DNA of 64,000 nt from Macrostomum lignano. Taxonomy: Eukaryota. Under the pieces are notes generated by a model. It was not told the DNA's origin. It made no database searches and saw only the letters and a list, made by a program, of their open reading frames with translations. Shown in pieces: positions 47,586 through 59,500 of the stretch. Location: positions 1 to 64,000 of the forward strand of contig NIVC01002271.1 of NCBI GenBank assembly GCA_002269645.1. Direction: 5' to 3'. Position numbers and translations under genes: made by a program. Position 1 is the stretch's first letter; the number at the start of each line of letters is the position of its first letter.

Positions 47586-50500
47586 AATCTAGAACTGCAG
47601 ATAGACACACACCAATCTAGAAGTGCAGATAGACACACACCAATCTAGAAGTGCAGATAGACACACACCAATCTAGAAGTGCAGATAGACACACACCAAT
47701 CTAGAAGTGCAGATAGACACACACCAATCTAGAAGTGCAGATAGACACACACCAATCTAGAACTGCAGATAGACACACACCAATCTAGAAGTGCAGATAG
47801 ACACACACCAATCTAGAAGTGCAGATAGACACACACCAATCTAGAAGTGCAGATAGACACACACCAATCTAGAAGTGCAGATAGACACACACCAATCTAG
47901 AAGTGCAGATAGACACACACCAATCTAGAACTGCAGATAGACACACACACACCAATCTAGAACTGCAGATAGACACACACCAATCTAGAAGTGCAGACAG
48001 ACACACACCAATCTAGAACTGCAGATAGACACACACACACACACACACACACCAATCTAGAACTGCAGATGGACACACACACACCAATCTAGAACTGCAG
48101 ATGGACACACACCAATCTTGCACCCGCACATTCCCCAGACCGAACAACCCAGGCCCGAGAAGACACTGGACAGACGTGAAGTTCCTCGTATACAGTTACG
48201 TTGACACTCAGGATATTGTTGAATGGGCCATCGCCGAGGTGCTGTCCGGGAGTCGAGTCCGCGACGGCATCTACATGCAAATGCAGCCCTACATGTGCTG
48301 GCTGCATGACGAGTGAGTGGTTCTTGGGATCTACCTCTGCCTGCCTGCCTCTCTCATCCTTCCGCTCCCTCCCTCTCTCATCCTTCCGCTCCCTCCCTCT
48401 CTCATCCTTCCGCTCCCTCCCTCTCTCTCATCCTTCCGCTCCCTCCCTCTCTCTCATCCTTCCGCTCCCTCCCTCTCTCATCCTTCCGCCCGCTCCCTCC
48501 CTCTCTCATCCTTCCGCTCCCTCCCTCTCTCTCATCCTTCCGCTCCCTCCCTCTCTCTCATCCTTCCGCTCCCTCCCTCTCTCATCCTTCCGCCCGCTCC
48601 CTCCCTCTCTCTCATCCTTCCGCTCCCTCCCTCTCTCTCATCCTTCCGCTCCCTCCCTCTCTCATCCTTCCGCTCCCTCCCTCTCTCATCCTTCCGCTCC
48701 CTCCCTCTCTCATCCTTCCACTCCCTCTCTCATCTTTCCGCTCCCTCCCTCTCTCATCTTTCCGCTCCCTCCCTCTCTCATCTATCCGCTCTCTCCCTCT
48801 CTCATCCTTCCGCTCCCTCCCTCTCTCATCTACCCGCTCTCTCCCTCTCTCATCCTTCCGCTCCCTCAATCCCTCATCCTTCCGCTCCCTCTCCATTCTT
48901 CCACTCCCTCCCTCTCACTCTTCTGCAACCTCTTACACTCCACCCACTCACTCACTCACTCTCTCACTCCCTCGCTCTCGCTCACTCTCTCACTCACTCA
49001 CTCACTCTCTCACTCACACACTCACTCGCCTGCTAAATACCGCAAAGCACAATGGTAATTTCAATTCACCATTTCAGATTCCTGAACACATTCCGGAACT
49101 TTCTGCACTTCTTCCTCATCATCTCCTGGGTGGTGCTGGTCGGTGTTATTGTGCAGAAAATCGTCTACGAAAAAGAGTCGCGATTAAAAGAGATGATCCT
49201 AGTGATGGGGGTCAGCCGGGAGATCATGTGGCTGACCTGGTTCTTATCTAGCCTGGGCATCTTTCTGGTGCCAACTCTGATCTGCAGTATCGTATTAAAG
49301 GTGACGATATGCAAGCTGGTGAGCTTCAGTGTGGTGTTCTTCACCTTGTTCACCTACTCGATGCTGTCAATCCTGTCAGCATTCTTCCTGAGCACACTAT
49401 TCTCCAAGGCCAACGTTGGCGCCACACTGTCCAGCTTCCTGTACTTGATGACGTACATTCCCTATGCGGTTTGCAAGCTGGTATTGAACTTGGAATTTCA
49501 CCCAGCCGGCCATTTCATCCTGTCGCTATTGCCAAATGTGGCATTCGCCTATACATTCGATGGCATATTGAAGTTTGAGCACTTCTCAGTGCCAGTGTAC
49601 TGGTCAACTCTGCAACAGTCGCCTTATGTGCTGCGCAATTTCACAGTGGCTGGAGCTCTGGCTATGATGTGGCTGGATGCAGCTCTGCTCCTGCTGGCCA
49701 CCGCCTACGTGGAGCAGGTGCACTCTGGCACTCGCGGCGCCTCCAAGTCCTGGTATTTCCTGTGCTCCACTCGGTTTTGGAAATACATTTTGAGACGATA
49801 TTTTACTGCTAGGCCCGGGTCTGGCGCTAGCACTACTAATTGTAGGTCTAGAGATTATCAGGGCGACAGTCGGACCGGCAGGAGCGCTGATGCACAGCAG
49901 GTGCCAATCTCTATACAGAGACTGTGCAAAGCCTATGGCCGGCACCGGGTGTTGAAAGACTTTAACCTGAGCCTGTACCGCAACCACCTGACTTCTCTGG
50001 TTGGCAAGAACGGCTGCGGCAAGTCCACCCTGATGTCCATTCTGTGCGGCCTTGACTCGGCCAGCTCAGGTCACGTGACCATGTTCGGGCATTCGCACCC
50101 CGAGGAGCTGGGCGTCATCCGGCAGTGGATCGGAGTCTGTCCTCAGTTTGACACCGTGTTTGGATTGTGAGCAGTTCAGCAAATTGCTAGTGTTGTGACT
50201 TTTCGTGCAAATAAAGTAGAGAACGCTTAATAGAAGTTTGTAGTTAACGAGAGAGCGGTTTTGAGCTAGAGAGCCCGCGCGCGAGCCTAAATAACTTATT
50301 AGCCGATTTTATTGATTCGCGTAGATAACAGAACCACAGAAGAGGGGGGGTTGAACGTACATTTATCGAGAAAGATAAGCGATGGTCGAAGGGGGCCGAG
50401 GCGCTGATCAATAAGGTGGATGGTTAGGCAGAGAGGGGAGCAAGTGCAGGCGCACTCATATTAAAATAACAATTTAGCGACAGCTAGTGCGATATTTGAG

Positions 50501-53500
50501 TGCGGGCAGACATTGGTTTGGTGCTTGTGTGCATGAAAATTGGCCCTGTGTGAGCGTGTGTGCCGGCGTACAGCATTGGCACTCTTGTATGTGGTCTGGA
50601 GTTGTTGGTTTTTTTTATAGATTTTTTGGGTGAGATTTTGTATTGGGTGACATTTTGTATCGGGTGAGATTTTGCATTAGGTGAGATTTTGTATCGGGTA
50701 AGACTTTGTATCGGTGAGATTTTGTATCGAGTGAGATTTGGGGTGAGATTTTGTATCGGGTGAGATTTGTATCAGGTAAGATTTGTATCGGGTGAGATTT
50801 GTATCGCGTAAGATTTGTATCGGGTAAGATTTTGGGTGAGATTTTGTATCGGGTGAGATTTTGTATCGGGTGAGATTTTGTTTTGGGTGAGATTTTGTAT
50901 CGGGTGACATTTCGGGTGAGATTTTTGTATCGGATGAGATTTTTTGCGAGATTTTGTCTGATAAGATTTGATGAGTTATGAAAAAAAATGATGAGAATGT
51001 CAAACTCGCCATCTCCAGCCTGACCGTGAAGGAGCACGTGGATTTCTACGGCTCTTTGAAAGGCCTCTCAAAAGCGGAGCGTTGCGGCGAAGTTGACGAG
51101 ATTGTACACCTGCTGAGCCTGCCAGAAGACACGCGGGTCTACCAGCTGTCCGGCGGCCAGCGCAGGAAGCTCAGCCTGCTGTTGGCCTTTCTCGGCCAAG
51201 TGAAATTTGTCATCCTTGACGAGCCGACAGCCGGTGTGGATCCGATCTCCCGGCACGCCATCTGGGAGCTGATCCAGCGGCTGAAGGCCGGGAAGACCAT
51301 CCTGATGACGTCACATCATCTGGACGAAGCCGAAGCTCTGGCTGATCGAATCGCCGTGCTGGGCACCGGCGGCAAAATTCACTTTCACGACACGCCCGGC
51401 AAACTGAAGAGGCTGTTCAGCGATTCGCAGATGCTGACTGTCTCGTTTGTGCAGGTTGGCGACTTATTTAAATCCCAAATTCGAGATTCTATTCCCAGAT
51501 CCCCAGTGTCTGATTTCTAGCATGCATGTAAGCACCAATTTCTTAGTGCCTCTTATTCCAGCTCTGTAAGTCTGGACTAATAATTCTAAATCCGAACTCC
51601 CAGAGACCGAATCTCACATTCCAGATCCCAAATCTAAAATCCAAAATCCCAGCTCCCAGATCACAGATCCCGTATCGCAGATCCCAGATTGCAGATTGCA
51701 GATTTCAGATTGCAGATCGCAGATCCCAGGTCGCAGATCCCAAATCCCGGATCCCAAATCCCGGATCCCAAATCCCGGATCCCAAATCTTGGATTCCCAA
51801 ATCCCAGATCCCAAATTCCAGTTCCAGAATTCCAGATTCCAGATCCCAGATTCCAAATCCTAGATCATAAATCGCAATCCCATGTCCAGGATCCCAAATT
51901 CCAGATCCCAAACCCCGTTTCCAAATCCCAGATCTCACATCCCAGATCCCAAATCCCAGATCCCACATCCCAAATCCCAGATCCCAGATCCCAATTCCTA
52001 GATTCCAAATCCCAGATCTCAAAGCCCAGATCTCTAATCCCAGATCCCAAATCCCAGATATCAAATCCCAGATCCCAAATCCCAGATCCCAAATCCCAGA
52101 TCCCAAATCCCAGATGTCAAATTCCAGATCCCAAATCCCGGATCCCAAATCTTTGATTCCCAAATCCCAGATCCCAAATTCCAGTTCCAGAATTCCGGAT
52201 TCCAGATCCCAGATTCCAAATCCCAGATCATAAATCGCATCCCATGTCCAGGATCCCAAATTCCAGATCCCAAACCCCGTTTCCAAATCCCATATCTCAC
52301 ATCCCAGATCCCAGATCCCAGATCCCAGATCCCAAATCCCAGATCCCACATCCCAAATCCCAGATCCCACATCCCAAATCCCAGATCCCACATCCCAAAT
52401 CCCAGATTCCAAATCCCAGATATCAAAGCCCAGATCTCAAATCCTAGATCTCAAATCCCAGATCTCAAATCCCAGATCCCAAATCTCAGATCCCAAATCC
52501 CAGATCCCAAATCCCAGATCCCCATTTTCAAACATGAAATCCTAATTGAAATCCCAGGGTGCGGACTGTCAAAGCCACGCCAGTCAGCTGTTCGAGTTGA
52601 TCAGCGCTTGCGCGGCCCAGGGCGCTCGGTCGTCGCCCTCGTCGACTCCAGCGGCGTCTCCGTCGTCAGAAGTCGAGGCGGCGCCGACCGCCCAGCTGGA
52701 CTGGCAGAAGCGGGGCAACGATCTGTACTTTCGCATTCCAAACAGCGTCGCTCGACTGTGCATGACGGAGTTATTAAAGTGCATCGAGACCGAGAAATCG
52801 CGCTATCAAATCCTTCGCTTTCAAATCTCCCAGCCGACCATGGAGGACATTTTCTTCCTGATCACCGGCGGCGAAGGCGGCGAAGAGGCCGAAGCCGAGG
52901 CTTCTGCGGCGGCTGCCGGCTCGTCGAGGCGGACAGCGGCGCGGAGGCAGCGACATCGGTCTGAAAGCGGCGCCGGCGGCAGCTTCGGCGACCTGTCGTT
53001 TATCCGGACCGACTTCTCCTCGGACGGTTTGACTTTGCCGAATTTGCCGACCGCTGCGGATCAAGGCGGATTCGAGTTGTCCGACGCGGCCGCCGGGTTC
53101 AACGATAGCGGCGTCGGTGACGGCGTTGTGGTCGGCGGGGAAAGCAGCGTTCGGAGCAGCCGGGTGAGCCTGGTGCCGACTGAGACCGGCGACGATCGAC
53201 GGCCCAGGATCTCGAGGGCGGCGCAGCTCGCCTGTCAGGTAAGATTGGCTTGTTATAAATCCCAGATCCCAAATCCCAGATCCCAAATCCCAGATTCAGA
53301 ATTTCAGATCCCAAATCCCAGATTCTAAATATCAAATCCCAAATCCCAGATCCCTGATCTCAAGTCTCAGATCCCAAATCCTAGATCCCAAATCCTAGAT
53401 CCCAAATCCTAGATCTCAAATTCCAAATCCCAAATCCCAGATTCTAAATCTCAGATTCTAAATCCCAGATCCCAAATCCAAGATCCCAAATTCCAAATCC

Positions 53501-56500
53501 CAAATCCCAGATTCTAAATCTCAGATTCCAAATCCCAGATCCCAGATCCCAAATCCCAGGTTCCGAATCCCAGATCCCTAATCCCATATCCCAGATCCCA
53601 GTTCTTAAATTTCTGGGATCATAAATCCCAGATCCCGAATTCCTGATTCCAGAAAGTGAGTATTAAAACGTGATAATTAAAAGTGAGTATTTTTTTCATT
53701 CTTCCTCAATCCAGGTCGAAGCCATCCTGCTCAAACGACTCCGCTACATGATTCGAACTCCCAGCTGTTTGCTCACCAACATCTTCTTGCCAATTCTGTT
53801 CCTGGCCGTTGCCATTGCCATGATCCAGCTGAGGCCTGGCTGGCGCAGTTCACCTCCCGTGGAGATTCATCCCTGGCACTTGAAAGTAGGCTACCCCAAC
53901 CAAGCCAACTCTCTGCATTATTTCTACGACTATCCGGACCCGTTTGATAGCGAGGGAGTTCAACCGCCTGCGGCTGCCCTGTACGCTGAGCAGCTCAATA
54001 TGGGATTTCAGGTGAGCTGGGTCTGTTTATAAGATTGCCGAGTCTGTTTATAAGATCAGCACCAAGGGGCTTTAGCACCAAGGGGCTTTAGCACCAAGGG
54101 GCTTTAGCACCAAGGGGCTTTAGCACCAAGGGGCGCCAGCACCTAGGGGCGCCAGCACCTAGGGGCGCCAGCACCAAGGGGCGCCAGCACCAAGGGGCGC
54201 CAGCACCAAGGGGCGCCAGCACCAAGGGGCGCCAGCACCAAGGGGCGCCAGCACCAAGGGGCGCCAGCACCAAGGGGCGCCAGCACCATACATTGCACCG
54301 ATAAGAAAATACTGAAACCCCCAACTTGCAGGGCTGCCGCTGCATGAACTCCTCAGTGTACAGCATACCCGGCTATCCCTGCTACCAGTCCGTCAGCGAG
54401 TTGAACGACACAGACCATCTCGACCAGTCCTGCAACGCCTGCAGCTTCTACTGCCAACCGGTGGACTTTCCGCATCAGACGCGCCGTCTGGCTGTGCGCG
54501 ACATCGCACACAAACTGCCGAGAAACGGGAGCGACAAGCTCTTCAACATCTCCAACTGGCTCATCCAGACTAGCAACGACTATTTGTTGAACAGGTTCGG
54601 CGGCGCATCGTTTAGCGAAGTCAACCCGTTGACTGACGCGGTGGCGCGCGGCAGTGAAGCCTTCGAGACAGCCATCAACCGGCTGCACAATGCCACTCTG
54701 CGCCACGCGCTAGCCTCGATGTTGAACTTCAGCGAAGCTATCAGATTCATCGACGCCTTCTACGGCCGGCGATGGAGCTCGAAGGTTTGGTTTGACAACA
54801 TGGGATACGTGGCCGGGCCGGCTTATTTGAATGTGTTCAACAATGCTCGCCTGCGGGCTCTGCTGGCCGACCAGCAGCAGCTGCCAACCAGCGGCATCGC
54901 CGCCTTCTTGGACTCGCTGCCGCCCGATGGCCAGGGACTGCGGCTGGACTTTGAGTGAGTCTACTTTGTCTACTCTCATGTCTACTTCGTCTACTCTCAT
55001 GTCTACTTTGTCTACTCTTATGTCTACTTTGTCTACTCTCATGTCTACTTTGTCTACTCTCATGTCTACTTTGTCTACTCTCATGTCTACTGTGTCTACT
55101 CTCATGTCTACTTTGTCTACTCTCATGTCTACTTTGTCTACTCCCATATCTAGTTTATCTACTCTCGTCTACTTTTCTACCTTATCATCTTGTCGATCTT
55201 TTATTAAAAGCAGGGGGCTGTGAGCACCCTGGTGCACTTTAACCGACATTGTCACACAACCGGCGAGAGGCATTTCTGCCCATTCAGCCGACTCCCCTGA
55301 GCAGGCACACAAGCGCGCGGATGCGTACGCAGTCATAGGCACAGGCACACCCTCACACAGGAGTGTACAACAGCCTTAACTTTATTTATCGTTAGGCATG
55401 TACACTTCACTTCAAGGCCGTTAATTGCACGAGCAGAGCCAAGCCGAGATTCCAATTTAGACCCAACTAGCAATCTAGTGCCCCCCTTCGGGGGGCCGAA
55501 TAAGTAAGGAGCAAAAATTATTCGTGCAAATCCATTAAAGAAGCACATTTTCTTGAGAACCGACTCCTTATTCAGTTTATAGATCACCTTATTCGAGTAA
55601 AATTGTCATGGACAAAGATGTTTGCTATGAATCTCTTTTGTCTAAAAGTAACAAAAGTAAACAACAAAATAAAGCCTTCACAAAGATAATAGGCGTTCCC
55701 TCTAAGTCGAAGGTATCCCATAGACAGCAAGCATCCTCCAGATAGCAAGCATCCCCCAGATAGCAAGCATCCCCCAGATAGCAAGCATCCCCCAGATAGC
55801 AAGCAACCCCCAGATAGCAAGCATCCCCCAGATAGCAAGCAACCCCCAGATAGCAAGCATCCCCCAGATAGCAAGCAACCCCCCAGATAGCAAGCATCCC
55901 CCAGATAGCAAGCATCCCCCAGATAGCAAGCATCCCCCAGATAGCAAGCATCCCCCAGATAGCAAGCATCCCCCAGATAGCAAGCATCCCCCAGATGGCA
56001 AGCAACCCCCAGATAGCAAGCATCCCCCAGATAGCAAGCATCCTCCAGATAGCAAGCATCCCCCAGATGGCAAGCAACCCCCAGATAGCAAGCATCCCCC
56101 AGATAGCAAGCATCCTCCAGATAGCAAGCATCCCCCAGATGGCAAGCAACCCCCAGATAGCAAGCATCCCCCAGATAGCAAGCATCCTCCAGATAGCAAG
56201 CATCCCCCAGATGGCAAGCAACCCCCAGATAGCAAGCATCCTCCAGATAGCAAGCATCCCCCAGATAGCAAGCATCCTCCAGATAGCAAGCATCCCCCAG
56301 ATGGCAAGCAACCCCCAGATTACTGCACTTGGAATCGAGCCTGGGCTGCTGGCACATCAGAGCGCCGCGCTAGACCTCTGGGCTACGGCGGAGTCACCTC
56401 ACAAGCACGAAAAGTCACATCGTCGAAAACTGATTTAGCAACCACCATCACAAGCTCGAAAAGGGTTAGGGTTAGAGATTGTGCCTTTTCGAGCTTGTGA

Positions 56501-59500
56501 TGGCGATCCGCTACGGCCCCCTACCGTCTTGTCTACAGTTACCTGCCTAATTATCTGTCCACTTCAGTGTCCAGTAGTGCCATATTAAATGCTCCCTAAC
56601 TTCAGCCACTACGGTTACATGATGGCCCTGGTGGGGATCTTCATCGCCCTGTCCTTGTCGGCCTTCCCGTGCTCGGCGGTCTGCCTGTTAGTCGAAGAGC
56701 GCTCATCCGGTGCCCTACACCTGCAGAAACTGTTCACCATCCCGCTGTGGCTCTACTGGCTGGTGAATTTCATGTTCGATCTGGTGAGTGCGATGAAATC
56801 GTTGACGCTAAAAGAGAAGGCTATTGTTGGGTCTATTAATATTACATTACCGTTACCCGCGACAATAATCGCTAAAGAGTCATTGCAAACAGCTAACTAT
56901 ATAGTGACTCTAGGATTCAAACGACTGCAATGCGACGGAGAGGTGACTGTTGAGTCACGAGGGCATCACGTGAGTTGCAGAATCGTAAAAAAGTCGTCCA
57001 AGAGTAGTTGTGCTGGCGCTTAACTTCCTACTAATTCAAGTAGACTAAACAGAGAGTTGTAATAAATTCGAATTGAGATTCAAATTCATTAAGTGACGCA
57101 GATGCGCTTAAGACGCAAGTCGGTGATTCTGCAGCGACTCTGGCGCGCCCCAGATAGGACTCTGCGGCTCCAGACTCTGGCGCGTCCCAGATAGGACTCT
57201 GCGGCTCCAGACTCTGGCGCGTCCCAGATAGGACTCTGCGGCTCCAGACTCTGGCGCGTCCCAGATAGGACTCTGCGGCTCCAGACTCTGGCGCGTCCCA
57301 GATCTGACTCTCCAGAGTCACCTCAAAAACGCCTCAAATTGACTCTTAGGCGACTCTTTGACGACTTCTAGGCGACTTGTACCGTGACATCTCGTTGTCG
57401 TTTTAGAGTCGCCTTAGAGTCATTTATTTCCTATATTACACTCGTACCTGTGTCACCTGAAACGACTCTGAAAAGAATCTGAGGCGACGCAAAGTGACTT
57501 TAATTTGGGACGCTTCTCAGTCTAGGTTCCATTTTCATCGTCGATATCCTTTTTGCATTCAAGTTTATGATGGGTTGGAATTATCCCTAATTTAGGACCA
57601 TTGCTTCATACTTGGTTCTGTGTTTCTTTAACTATTTGATCTGCTCTTTTGAACTTTTTCCAGGCAATCTACACCTGCATAGCTGGCGTGGTGACCGTGA
57701 CTCTGCATCTTCTTGGCGGCGAAGCATTTCACCATTCTCAGGATGCCCTGTCTGCTGGCATTCTGTGCTGGAGCTACGGGTGAGCAGACGAGCACCTTCT
57801 CTAATCAATCCTGAGACTCCTAATACCCCTTAACGTTGGGGATTTAAAATTCCTCAAGTACACCCCAAAACACTGGGATTTATAACTCCTTAAGTACACC
57901 CCAAAACACTGGGATTTATAATTCCTTAAGTACACCCCAAAACACTGGGATTTACAATTCCTCAAGTACACCCCAAAACACTGGGATTTATAATTCCTCA
58001 AGTACACCCCAAAACACTGGGATTTATAATTCCTTAAGTACACCCCAAAACACTGGGATTTACAATTCCCCAAATTCCCCAAAACACTGGGATTTATAAT
58101 TCCCAGAATACCCCCAAAACAGTGGGATTTACAATTCCCCAAATTCCCCAAAACACTGGGATTTATAATTCCCCGAATACCCCTAAAACAGTGGGATTTA
58201 CAATTCCCCAAATTCCCCAAAACACTGGGATTTATAATTCCCCGAATACCCCCAAAACAGTGGGATTTATAATTCCCCAAATTCCCCAAAACACTGGGAT
58301 TTATAATTCCCCGAATACCCCTAAAACAGTGGGATTTACAATTCCCCAAATTCCCCAAAACACTGGGATTTATAATTCCCCGAATACCCCAAAACAGTGG
58401 GATTTACAATTCCCCAAATTCCCCAAAACACTGGGATTTATAATTCCCCGAATACCCCTAAAACAGTGGGATTTACAATTCCCCAAATTCCCCAAAACAC
58501 TGGGATTTATAATTCCCCGAATACCCCTAAAACAGTGGGATTTACAATTCCCCAAATTCCCCAAAACACTGGGATTTATAATTTCCATCCCGAATTCTAG
58601 GATCTCTAATTCCCCATAACTCTAATAGCAGGCTATTTAATTCCCTAAATGTAATGCTTTAATATTACTATATCACTAAAAAACTACCAATTTGTCTCAG
58701 GCTAGCCGCACTGCCACTGAACTACCTGCTCTCGCTATTTTTCTCTGAGCAAAGCCGGGCCTACATCAGCCTATTCGCCGTGAACCTGCTGCTGAGCATT
58801 CTAACCTGCCTGCTATACTCAATAATCTACGTACTTCAGCAGTACAATCTGCCACTAAGAGATCTGATGCCTAAACTCAAACGTATTCTATTGATCGCAT
58901 GCCCTCAGTTCGGCATAGCCGAAGGCATCTACACAGTGCAGACAAATTACTTTCTAGGCAAAGTGCTGGAGGAATGGTACGGCAAAACTGGGGTGTACAA
59001 AAACCTGCTTAGCTACCAGGATGGCCTGTTGAAGAATGCCTCTTGTTTTGTTGGTCACTGCCTGCTATTCTGGCTGGCTATTGTGCTAATTGAGAACCTG
59101 GTCTACGGTGTTGGTAAAGTGAGCAAGAAATCGCTTTCTGCTCAAACTGAGACGCAGAGTTCTCGACCAAATATCGAAGTTAGAAATGTTTGCAAACGAT
59201 ACGGCGGCAAGAGTTCGTGTCGATCGCGCGGCGGAGGCGCTTCAAGTCGTCCAGCTGTTGATGACGTGTCATTCAGCGTAGCCTCCGGCGAGGTGCTCGG
59301 GTTGCTAGGCAGCAACGGAGCTGGGAAGAGCAGCATATTCCGGATGCTCACCAGGGGAGAATCGATCACATCGGGCAGTATTCGAGTTGGCGGACGGCTC
59401 AATAATAGCTTCGATTGCTTCTCAGATGCCGGATATTGTTCGCAAAGTAACGTGCTGTGGAAGACTATGAGCCCAGTGGATCATTTGGCGTTCTACGCCA

